From: Azolla caroliniana
Lineage: Eukaryota; Plantae; Polypodiophyta
Reading direction: 5' to 3'
Assembly: GCA_043228905.1 (NCBI GenBank)
Contig: JBHGNT010000015.1
Span: forward strand, 3,906,001-3,970,000
Length of the DNA: 64,000 nucleotides
The position numbers and the translations under genes are program-made. This document shows positions 26,401-39,300 of the stretch, one piece after another (the stretch's first letter is position 1; each line of letters starts with the position of its first letter). The notes under the pieces are model-generated. The model saw nothing but the letters and a program-made list of their open reading frames with translations. It had not been told where the DNA came from and did not search any database.

Positions 26401-29400
26401 CATCTACCTCAGTATTTATTCTGGATTTTAGGTTTGATTGGTTGGAAATGATACTTAATATACAGGAATATTATTTCCAAGTTGATGAATGTTCTAGGCC
26501 AAGGATACTTGGCATGACTGCATCTCCAGTCATCAGAAAAGGTGAGATCCTTGATAGTTTTCTACTTCAAATGGTGGGGTATGTAACATTATATTACATG
26601 AAAGGACTGCAAAAACATTTTGCATAATTTACCTGATAGTGTGGATGAGTGGATGATAAATATTGTAGTATTTCACTTTGGATTATGGTGGTATGACGTT
26701 AAGATATAATAGGAAGAGGACCCAATTCTCACAGTAGCATGGACACTAGCAGAGAGCTGCCTTAATATTGAGTGGTGTAGCTTGAACTGGCTGCAACATT
26801 ATCTAATTCTGTCCCTCTTACCTCTGGTACAACATCATTTAGTTAGAGTATACTCATCCAAGCCGTGTTTTTGGTTACTCAGAGCTGTCATATTATTTGG
26901 ACCTCATTATCATAATTTTTTTTGATAAAATTAGGTCAAATAATGTGTTCTGTACCTTGATTGGGTTGAATTCATGTTCTATATCTCTGTCAGTCTTTCT
27001 TAATAAAAGAGGGCTGTATATTAACCAGGACAAGTTAATTTGTTCTGTTTCTTCATTGAGTTGAGTTTTTGGTTTCCATCTTAGTCAGTCTTTCTTTTAA
27101 AAGACAGAGGACACCTCAAGGTGTGATTAACTCACACCATACATTTGGCCATAGTAATGAAGGTGGAATGAGTCAGTCTGAATATCTGCATCCCATGTCA
27201 TCTGGGATCCCTATTATGCACTTTCTAAAGGTGAGACATCTTCAGCTCATTCTGCAATGTTGAGGTGAACCATGGTATCATCGGCTTATTCACTTGGTTC
27301 TTTTCAACGGTCTTGTTTGTTGAGTGTTCATCATCTGGATTTTAAGCCTTGCTCACATCGTCATCCGCCCTTCAGCTAAACTTCAATCTACCTTTTTATC
27401 CAGCAAGACAACACTGTTTGCTGAAACTCCCTCTGACAAGTTGTAAGGCAGTTCTTCTACACATCCATTCTCGTCATTGACTTCGTTTGGTGTTGATTGA
27501 TCTGGGCTCCTCTCAGTCTGCACTGTTCTGAACTGGACTGTTTTGTTCTAGGATTTTCTCTGCTCAACATAATTTTTGGAACCTTCACTTATTGGGTGCA
27601 TGTTCTGAAAAGAAAGCGGCTTGAAAGGGAATGTATTAAATCTGTTCTTCCATTTTGGCCATATCCTTTGCATGCTTGACCTGTCTTTATGGATTTAATT
27701 ATGTGTCTTAGTGCTCATATTTGTTTGCAGTAATCTGATTTCAATTGTCAGATCACTTTGACGTGACTATCTTTTAACCTCTCTTAATGCAGGCAACTGT
27801 GATCTACAAAGTAGCCAAGATTTGGAAGCATTAGAAAATTTGCTCGATGCAAAGGTATAAATGTGATATGTTTCATGCAACAAAATCCATCTTAAAAATG
27901 TCGGGCTAAATGCATATCTGAAAAATATACATTTTTTTCTAGATCATGATAGTGGAGGACAGGAGGGAACTTGATGCCTTGGTTCCAAGTCCAAACATTG
28001 AAGTGGTTGAATATGATAGAGTTTATGATTCTTATGACAGATTACAGTCCTTTGTGAAGAGGATCAACAACTGCAAACTCAAGGTGGAAAATTCTCAGTT
28101 GAGATTAATATTGTTGTGTACAACGGGCTGTCTGGAGTTTATGTATGAGCTTTAACATGAGTGCTATATATTTCCTGTGGCAGGAAGATTGCTTGCAAGC
28201 TGCAGGGAATATAGAGTACTGGAAAAGGAAGACTCCTGGCATAGATAGGATTTACAGAGATTTGGAATACTGCATCTATGAGCTTGGACTGTGGTTCGCA
28301 AGACAAGTATGCTCTAGTTTTCCAAGTCATTATATAGTTGCACATGGACATTTCTTCTGCTTTATATGCACAGTTCCAAATCTAGAGGGAAAGTCACGTA
28401 GAAAAGGGAAGAAGTGGAGAGGTCAGAGGTTATTTTTTTAAACTGTAGCCTGACAAATTTCGAAGAGTAGATGCATAACATACCACTATCTTCTTTATGT
28501 GGAAAGTCAAGGCAGATTGAAAGAATCATCTGATACAATAAGATGCAGGTCATATAAGGGTTTCTTAGTTACTTGGCATATATGACCTTTCTTTTCTCTA
28601 TTAGAGTTCTTCTAGTATTTGCACTATAAATCCCTGGTGTAATTCTAGAACCAAGTGATTGAGATGAATGAATTGACTAAAGATATCAGCTAGAGGGAAA
28701 AATAGGAGGAAGAAAAGGGCAGAATGCTGATGCATGAAGAAAAAGTTTTTTGTATGGACAACGTGCCAAAAGTTTTAAGCGATCACCTTGTTTACACTTC
28801 CTTGTGACTCCTATTATGTTCATACACAGATGAAACCAATCAAATTGGAAATTCTGAAAAAAATTGATATGGTACTTGCAATTTATGTATATTGACAGGC
28901 AGTTATAGATGCTTCCACCTCATTTGCATATCGTCTCCCTGAAGAAGGAAACTATGAAGCAGCTGTAGATGAAGATAATGGAGTACTCTTAAGGGACATT
29001 TCTGGATGCTTTGATAAACAATACTCAAAAGGTAATCAAGTTCCTTTTCTATTAGTTTTGGAACTTGTTTTGATGTAAGATTTCTTACCTTTGCTTTCTC
29101 ATTTTGGATAACAGATGAATTTGAGAATCTAGAGTTTGATAATCTCAAACCAGACATTGTTTCCAATAAAGTGATTTCTATGGTGAAGTTGCTTCGAAGG
29201 TTTAGGTCAGTGGTGTCATATGAACATGTATTCTAAGTTCTACGTCAAGTCTTTTCCTCCATGAAAAATGAAACTTCACCTGAATCTAGATCTTGGAACC
29301 ATAGTACGTAATATTCGTGTTCGTTAGCCCAAACATTCGTTTTCATATGTTTGCAAACGAACGTGTATGTTATTGAAACATTCTTGTTTTTTTTACACTT

Positions 29401-32400
29401 TTTACCTTAACTTACCTTAACTTTCTTACCCTAAAAATAAATACCTTATAATAAATAATGAGTGCCAAAGTATGGTATTTACCATACTTCGAGGGTGTTT
29501 TTCATACTTGAATGATAAGAATGTTCACGAATGCAAATGCTTCATACTATGCTTGGAACTAAGGACATTTTGATGTCAAACCTCCTCACTAGTCCAGATT
29601 TCTGCATTGCCGAGTCAAACCATTGCTCTTTGGAGAAGTGATAGAAATTCCATGTGGGAATTGTGTACTTAAAGCCTGGGTATTCTATAACACATCATAT
29701 GAATGCATATGTATGAGTCTTCATCTACTCTTGGCCACTGAGGATACCATATCAATACTACAATATATGCATCTTGTAGCTGACAAAATATATTCTCCCT
29801 TAAACTAAATTCTGCATAATGTAGATTTCTTCTCACATGTTTCTAATTCAAACTTCTGTTGGCGTTAAGATTTGATTATGCCTCTTCGCTGATTCATTCA
29901 CTTGCTTGCACATACGTGAGTCGTGACCTCTCTCCTCCTCTCCCAGCTGTCCTCCGGTAAGGGTGTCGCGATTGGCCTTACCTTCCGGTCCACAGTCTTG
30001 TACTTAGTGCCCACTTGGGCGGTCCGATCCGCCCTGACCATCTTCCCGAAGTCCGCGATGACTTTGTACATTTCAACCGAACTGACCAGAATCATCCGGT
30101 CTTCGCTCAGATCCTCTTCGACTGCCCTCTCGATATGCCCGAGAGTGTTGTCGAACGAGACCGCCTCCACTATGCCACTGATCTCTTCGTCGGGGCCCAA
30201 GGCTCCGCAAGCCTTCAAGCGCCCTTCGACTTGCTTCTTTTCCCGGCCACCGATGCCGGCTATGGTACAACCTCCATTAACAGAGGGCCAAAATTTCCTA
30301 CCTATTGTACAGGTGTGGGGATTCTTCCGGTCGTTTGGACTATCAGTCCCAACGGGAGACAAGTGGAAGACAATTTTCTGCACTCGATATGGGCATTTTG
30401 AGTATACAGGCATGCTATTCAGGATCACAAACGCACCATTAGTTTTTCAGCACATAGAAAAGGGCGTTTTTCGAGATCTTTTGAACATCTTTCTAATCAT
30501 CTATCTAGATGATCTATTGATTTATTCAAAAACACAAGAGGAGGATGATTCTCATGTTTGTCAAGTACTAAAATGACTATGAGAATATGGCCTTTATGCT
30601 AAACTTGCAAAGTGTAGTCTTGACTGCAAACAGTGCAAACAGGTGGAATTCTCGACGATTTCATCTCCGCTGAAGGAATCTCTTCAGTCAATGCCTTTAT
30701 GGGTTGCCTCCCACTCCCTCCTTACCCCACGATATGCTAGATATTTTGTAAGGCCAAATTGCTGGTTTCCTAAACTTATGGACAAATTATGTGATTTCTT
30801 GACAAGCCTATTGCAAGGTTGATATAAAGGAGAGTTAGCTAACAAAATAATCTTAATGAAAGTCTTTCAGATTTGAAACAGTATGCTGAACTCTATGTCT
30901 CACACTAAATGCAGGCTTCCACAAGAAAGGTGTATAATTTTTGTGGAAAGAGTTGTAACAGCAAAAGTCTTGGCAAGTTTCCTTTCTTCTATTTTTGAAT
31001 CTGTGCAGTGCCACTACGTTGTTGGAGGGATGCACTCCTCATCCAGAAAATCTCTGACAGACACAGTAAATAAATTTCGGTCGGGACAAGTAAGTCTTTT
31101 CTTATTGGATTTCACAGGGTTATTTTTTCTGGAAAATATAACAAGGCATTTACAGAATGCATATATTCTCATGAATACAGTGCATTTGCAGATTAACCTG
31201 CTGATTGCAACAAGTGTAGCAGAAGAAGGATTAGATATCCAGCAATGCAACTTGGTAATTCAGTTTGACATGCCAAAAACACTACGCAGCTATATACAGT
31301 CACGTGGGCGTGCACGTGTGCGGGCTTCTCACTACATTATTCTCAAGGACAGGTGGCACTCTAATAGATGTAATTGTAGTTTAAATAGATTGTTGCTTCT
31401 AAACGTAAACAAAACAAAACTACCCTGCACAGGGCAAATATTGCTGAAGAAAAGTTGCTAGATGCACTTGTTCACAATGAGCATTTTGTAAAGGAAAAAA
31501 TTATGAATGATTTTCAAACAAGTACTGCTTCAACCAGAAAGTCCCAGAATTTGGAAACAGAAATGTTCCAAGTGGAGAAGACAGGAGCAATTGTAAGCAT
31601 CCAATCAAGTGTGCAATTGCTCCATTTTTATTGCTCCACGCTTCCGGGTGACAAGTAAGCCTGAACTTTGAATGTATTTGCACTGATAACATTTTGAATT
31701 TTTCCTTTTATTTGATTAAAAAACATCCTAAGTTTAATTGGAAAAAATAACTTTAGATTGATAGATTGAAAATAAATTTCCTATAATGGCATGGCATTTC
31801 TGATTTACCATTTCCAGCATTAGTTATCTGGACATACGATATATATCGGCTGATTAGTAGTTGAACTTGTGAAAACATTGCCGAGGAGTTTTGAAACAAG
31901 AACATTTGATGTATTTTGCATGATAGAGGGGTTTATTAGCAAGTGATCTTGAATTTAAGGCTTCGTGTTTTTGCTAAACTATTTCTGCCTTCATGCATGA
32001 CTAATAATCTCTACATTATTGATTTATCAGGTTCTATAGTCCCAAACCCATATTCAGATATAGCTCTGAACCAGATGGAATAAAATGCGATGTTCTTCTT
32101 CCTTCAAATGCATTAATTAGGTTTGTTGCAGGAGAACCACGGATGTCGAAATCTGTCGCGAAGAAGGCAGTTTGCTTGAGAGCATGCTTTATATTGCACT
32201 TAAAAGGAGAATTAACAGATAATCTTCTACCACGAACAGGCAGCATCCCAAGTGAAAATAGTGACAGCTCTTTTAATTCCAGTAATATGGGAAAATGTGG
32301 GTAACATTCTCTGACGGTTCTTGACTTGTTTAATAGCGTTTCTCAAGCTCATGGAAATATTTTTGCAGCTTTAATACTGCAGGAAACCATTGTACCAGCT

Positions 32401-35400
32401 GTTTGGATCCTCCCAACAAAGACAATCAACCCCAATATAATATCTTTGCACGCATACATGATATCTTTTGTTGGTACTCCTGCTAACCAGGAGTACACAA
32501 GTTTTGCATTATTGCTACAATCTCCGATGCCAGAAACTGTTATAAATATCTCATTAATTCTTGAGTTGCGTCACGGGAAAACAGTGTCGTGCAAGCTGGA
32601 ACCAATTAAAAATATCTCTCTTGATAATGAACAGGTAATTTTGAATAAGACAAAACCCCCTTTATTGCAGATAAAATATCGTTGACAACCTCAGGAAACC
32701 TAATTTAATTTATTATTTATGGAATGATTTCTCCAAAGAGACCCTGAAAGTGTAATTCAGAACATCAGAAATTGGCTTTATCACGAATCTGATAGAGAAA
32801 AGTCTTTCATTCATTTAGGTTCAAATAATATGATGCAAAGATACAGGGTAATGCGAAGATTCTTGTACTCTTACTTTTGAGTTTGTCTTGTCAGTACCGT
32901 GAAACTTTCTTTTTCTTGGAATAAAGGAAGTGCAATGAATTATTATACAAAGCCAAAGAACTTCAAGATTTGAAGAAAAGTATTATATCAACAAAGTTCT
33001 GTTATAGCCCGAAATCTGTTTCATACGAATACACATCAAAGGGGAGAGAGATGATTTTCAGCCTGAGAAATATGCTGAATCATATTTAGTAGTTACCTGA
33101 GAAATTTAGATGGAAGAAGAATTAGTAGTGGTCAGTTCTCATGAAAAGGAACTTCCACCTGTATTTTAGGCAGCTGTGAATTTGTGGTTAAGGTTCAAGT
33201 AATAGAAACCAGGCTCTTCAATATATTAGTGTTTTATTTCCCTGGGACGTAGTACAGAGAATGGGACTATGCATGCCGTGTTTTATTTATACTTTCAACT
33301 ATGGGGCTAGAACTGAGATTTGTTGTGTTAGTACCAATTACCATAGGTTTATCTGCAACCTTTGTACTTGTATTAGTGGACTGCTTATTATTGCCGACAT
33401 GAATTTTCTTATATGGGATATTTATGGTTCAGAACTGAACTACATTTGGGAGAATAGGGGCCGCTTTTCCTGTAAACACAAATATAGTGCTTTTTCAGGG
33501 GCTTACTTTAGTTCCTAGGCTGCCTGACAATATTAAGAGCACATGGAGGAACGTTCTTCCTACTTATTTCTCCACCTGGAGGTACAGGAAGGATTGAAGG
33601 TACTAGAGAGACCAAAACAGCTACTATTAACACACTATTTCTTAAGTAATAATATTATTTCGAAGTATCAGTCGAAATCAAATTCTTAATTCTAATTTAT
33701 TGAGTAGTCGGATCAATTGTGAACCTTCCCCACAATAAAGATCTGACGTTTTGGCATATTATAGAAATACAGGTTATGCTTTCAAGTATCCATTAATTGA
33801 TGAGAGATTGAATGGTGCATTTTCCCAATTAAACATGATCTAATAAAGATTTACTTTGCTATAGATAATGCATTTGTGTTTGATGGCAGATCTCTCAAGC
33901 AGAAAAGTATCAGTCAACATTGTTTTCAATCATATTAGATCATAATTTGGAAAATCTAAATCATGTGCAAAGGTTCACAACAGATGAGGGATGGTATTTA
34001 CTATTACCAATGAGATCAAGTCAAGATTTTACTCACCATGAAATCGATTGGATTAGAATACATGAACTTTGCACTTCCAGACAGTCTCATTCTGTGGAAT
34101 TTCAAAATGAGACCTTTTCTAGTTCCGTCACTGGAACCTTACAATTCACAAATGCAATTATTCCAGTAAATGAGGTTCCTGGTTTGCTGGTTAGAACTAC
34201 AGGAGGAAATAAACTTTACAGAATAATGGACGTTTTCAACAATTTAACTCCTCTTAGTCATTTTCCAGATCCCAAGTACGAAAATTATGTTGATTATTTC
34301 CAGAAAAGGTGAGACATTTTTTGGTTTCTTCAGTTTCACCTGGTTCTAGGACTTCAATCATCTGACTCCTACAGATTCTTTTCAGACACAATATAGAAAT
34401 TCTGCATGCAGAACAACCTTTACTAAAGGCTAGTTTTTTAGGAGAAGCGTACAACTGTTTGCAAGTCAGACATGTAAAAAAAGGTAACGCAACACCCCAA
34501 CTTCTACTGCCAACACTGTTGCATCATTCTCTTTTAATTTATTCTTATAGAAGGGATAACATTTTTGTTTCCAATCAGATGTAAATGACTACAATATGGG
34601 GAACTCGTCTTACCATCCTAAGTCAATTGTCGAGCTTCCTGCTGAGATTTGTGATATACTCATGTATGGTTTGCATGACAGTCTTGTCAATGCCGCCATT
34701 CTTTTGCCATCGTTCATGCAAAGGCTTGAAGGTATTCTTGCTGCAACTCAGTTGCGTGATATTTTCAGTTCACAGTTTCCGCAGGGATCACTTGTTTCGG
34801 TTGACAAGGTGCTCTTCTTTCTTCAATCTTTGACAATGTGGGCATTATTATGAAGTCCCAGACTAATTTTTTTATTTGCCTTAAGGTTTTAGAAGCTCTG
34901 ACAACAGAAAATTGTTCTGAACATTTTTCACTTGAAAGATTGGAGCTGCTTGGAGATTCGTTTTTGAAGTTTGCTGTTAGCTGCCAGCTATTTGTGAGAC
35001 ATAGTGAAGCACATGAAGGATTTCTGAGCTTGGAGCGCAAAAAGAAGATCTGCAATTCGTCACTATACATGCTTGGGAGCAATTATGGTCTTCCTGTATG
35101 TCCTTTATGTGGATCTTATAAATATGTATTTGTTAAGAATCTCAAGTAGATTAAATTATCAATGGGTCTTTTTCCTTTGCAGAATGTCTTGAGGTATTTC
35201 ATGATGCTCACAGATTACTGGAATGAACCTAGAGGCCTTAGTCATTTAATGTAGAAAACTTGAAAATAGTCACATAGTCTTGTAGTTTCATATTAAATGA
35301 ACCCTAAACAAGGTTGGCAAAAGTTGTTATGGCTTCATTCAATTTGGTTTATCCTAAACAAGAAAAGTTGACATCTGAGGTGCTAACTACTTCTAAATAT

Positions 35401-36315
35401 TTGCCAGCCTAAAGAGTAGAAGTGGCGAAAATGAAGAGGTAGCTATGGTAAGAATCTGTGAAGAAATTCTAAGAGATCATTATCATCGTTATGTGAAATG
35501 ACATTTGGTCATCTCCAGAAGCTATAAAACAGAATCAAGCCCCTCCCCCTCTGATGTTGCCTTGCCACTTTGAAATTGTGTCTTTAGCCTCTGATCGCAT
35601 TGTTCCTATCGCGAGTTCCTTTATATCTATCTTGATTACTGGTCCTTTGACATGTTAATCTAACAAAGGGTTGCAGAACCAGGTGAAAACCAATTGTCCT
35701 TTTTAGAATGACATTTCAATTTATTTCCGTTGTCTGGACGTCTTCACTATCATTGATTCCAGCATTGTCTTGTTTGAAAATTAAATAGGCCAAACATCAC
35801 CACTTTCACCTAGTAATCTACCTTACTGTTAACATTGAGATTTTTGTAATAAACTCTGTTTAATGTACGACTTTGCCCCCCTACAACAATCAACTCGTAA
35901 AACCTGTAGACATTCCAGGACATCACATATTAAATTGTATGAAACAGTGAATTATTATGATACTCAAAGAAGTGTTTACCTTTGCCATTGCTTGATCTCT
36001 TGTATTGAAGGAGCAGGACATTAAGGTGAGGTTATTGATAATGCCAAATTGCATTAACTCATTGAGCCTATGTTACCCAATATTACTATAAGGTCATTGA
36101 CAGTACCAAATTGCTTTAGGTCATTAATAATAGGGATGTGTTTTATACTATGAATTCCCTATCGAGGAAGAATGCAATGGACTAATTGAGTTATTGATTT
36201 TGTGGCTGTGGCATGAGATTTCCATTCATTCACTAACACTCATCATATAATTGAATGATCCCTCTTCCAGGTCAAGAATATTTCAAATAGATGTTGATGC
36301 ATAACAAATCACAAG

Positions 36316-36383
<68 letters not shown>

Positions 36384-39300
36384 CATATTCTGTCTCATCA
36401 TATCTGTTGTATTGATTGATTCCTGTCTTTTCTTGTATTTATAGCTTTTTGCTTTTCATGTCAAGATGGTCGTATAACCTTATGACACTACAGTTAAAAT
36501 TATCAAATATATTCTGCCACTATTTGAAAATTCTTCATATTCTTAATTTACTTTGCAAATACTGAGTATTATCTGTGCTTTTTGAATTTTTCCAAAGATG
36601 CCATGACGTTCTTGGGGTTGTTGACCTTTGTCTGGTAGTTATCTTGAATTTTTGGTAGTGACATTGCTTTCCCTCCAATGGCCATCATCATTGATTACAT
36701 ATTTATCTCCAATTTTTATGAGTACTAGAGACCTCCACTACTGGTGTCTTTTGGAATTCTTCTCTTTATATCTAGGATACTTTTGCATTTGGGGCCAAGG
36801 CAGATGCTTAAACCTACTAATTTTCTGTGTTAATTGTTTTTGTCAGAGTTTTATTCGTGATCAGGCATTTGATCCAAAATTTTGGATTGCACCTTGCCAT
36901 CGTAGCAAGATTGTGTGCAATGAAAACAATCTTATAGAACTTCATGGAGAACCAGCTGAAAAGAAAGAAAATAAACAACTTATTGTCTGCAGCAAGAGAC
37001 ATAGATGGATGAAGAAGAAAACAGTAGCTGACGTTGTTGAAGCATTGATTGGTGCATATTTAGAAGATGCTGGTGAATTAGCTGCTCTAGCATTTATGGA
37101 AGTGATTGGTATAGAAGCAACTACAGAATACCAAGAGAAACTAGCCATACATTCCTTAAGTGATAAAAATTTGGCACTTATGAGAATGATCAATATCAGT
37201 GCAATTGAAGAGTTTCTTTCTTACAGTTTTAGACAGAAAGGTCTTCTTATTGAAGCATTTACACATGCTTCTTTCATCACTCATCATTCAAGATACTACC
37301 AGGTGTTAGTTAATAGTGTTACAGAACTTTCAGATCTCTCACATCTGTAAATATCGTCCATAACATGTTCTTTATATGTGAACTTTTTTCATGCGTACAT
37401 TAATTTTTTTTGAATATGTATTCAATGTTCCAGCGCCTTGAATTTCTTGGGGATTCCGTTTTGGACTTCTTGATCACACGCCACCTCTACAAAACACATT
37501 CTGCAGCAAAGCCTGGCGAGCTTAGTGATATGAGATCTGCGATTGTGAGCAATGAAAGCTTTGCAAGAATTACGGTGGAACTTGGGCTCTATGAGCATGT
37601 CATACATTCATCTCCTGAACTGAAAGTATGCATAACAGATTTTGTGCGATTTACTTCAGAGAATAGACAAGCTGGAGATTGGGATGGAGATAAATGTCCA
37701 AAGGTAAGGAAACTACCATTTTTAATCAGTTTTTGATTACTGCTCAATCACCATTAAGGCTGCTCCATTGAATCATGAGCCATCAATGCTTTTCTCAGTA
37801 TAATGTGGATGATAAACTTGGTTCATTTTAGAAGGAAAGAAAGAAAGAAAGATATATTAACGTCTATGAAGTGGCCAAAATGGCCTTTAAGACCAAACAA
37901 GAGATTACATCTTAAGAGTTGTCTCGTGTTTGAGAACAACAAAAAAAAAAAAACTAAGTAAATAATATAAAAAGAGGCGAGGTAATCTGGTTTTCGGCAC
38001 TTGTAAGATTCTCAAGCTAGATACATTGTAACTTGTTTCTTCAAAAGATCTCTAGTATAGGTCGATCTAGAATGGAAAGGTCTCTGAAGTGAGGGAAACA
38101 CCTGTGATGGTGGGAGATAATGGCCTTCATCTGTTGATGACAAATTGCTCTTCCATGTGGCCGGGGTCTATGTGCACGACAAATTGCTATTGCCCGATCT
38201 ATTGTAACCCCTTTGTTATGTCCTGGTCGTGAGCCCATTTGTGTATCCCTTCATTGACTTGTAGCATTAGTAGGAGTGATGGGGCTAAAGAAAGTTGTGA
38301 TTGTTCTTTGTGGATGAGCTTTTGTGGCTGTATTATTGTCCTTCAACAACTTTTACCTATGTCTCTTGAGTTCTATCAAGAAAAGTCCTAGGCACAATTG
38401 GTCCTCATACTCCATTACCTTGCATAGTGGGCCAAATCCTTGTTTAAAGAGGCAATGGTATCTGCGTTTGATCTCATAAAAGAGGCAATGGTATCTCCTT
38501 GATGACCCAATTGGAAAATTCTTTCTTCTAGAGGTATTCATGTATATCTGCCTACCTCAATCTCTAACTGATGTGATGAAGTTTGCAGCTGCCCTATCAT
38601 ATGGCGCAGCGCATAGGATAGATGTATTTCCATAAAAGGTGGCTAGATGATGAATCCATCCTCCGGTGTGTGTAAGAAGTGGGCCATCTTCGTACCAAGT
38701 AATATTTTGGGGCTGATCCGTGTTATCTTGTTTTCCAAGTTAATAATATCAGTTCGTGTCACTCTATTCTTTTCCATTTTGGTCATATTTAGATGGGGAA
38801 AGTCCATGCTATATTGGAATGGGGCAGTTAGGATCTCTTTGCTTAGGGACCATTGGATGTCAGTGAATGCTCTAGGAAGGAGAGATTATTAATTTGTGTT
38901 ATGGGAAGCAATGGCGACTAACTAATTTCTAGGCTTGGTTAAGAAAATGGAGCACCAATATAACTTCTGTAAAAGTTTGGTTGGCTGGACCAGGAAGCAG
39001 TAAAGGTTTCTCTGATGAGAGTCTCCTGTGTCTGTAAACCCTGGTACTGAGTGTTGATGAGAATGTGCATTCAATTACAACACTTCTTTGAGAGAGTGAT
39101 ATCTGTCAAAAGGCTACATAGAGTGACATCTTTTCATTCAATAAGAAATGGTTGTGTGAAGATATATTCCAACAAATTTCAGAAAGTACGCAAATTGCTT
39201 TTCTTGTTTTCCACAAGCCAAGAGATTTACTTCCATATATGGTGAGGAGTGACAGTCTACCGCACATTGCCTATCTCTTATGCATAGGTTCAATTTCTTG

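Noticed and set aside
27090-27690. Coding-like antisense sequence in intron 5
   Set aside because: Frequent stops and no recognisable domain; needs a homology search
30883-31461. Single long exon covering the 192-aa ORF
   Set aside because: Contains in-frame GT-AG intron 31090-31191 that interrupts the conserved FRSGQ-INLL motif, and runs into the flanking introns
32297-32302. Exon 14 donor at 32301 (GG|gtaac)
   Set aside because: Phase 2 does not fit the downstream acceptors; GTGGGT at 32297 keeps the frame
34371-34395. Exon 17 acceptor at 34374
   Set aside because: Gives an in-frame TAG; the acceptor at 34385 yields the PAZ QPLL frame
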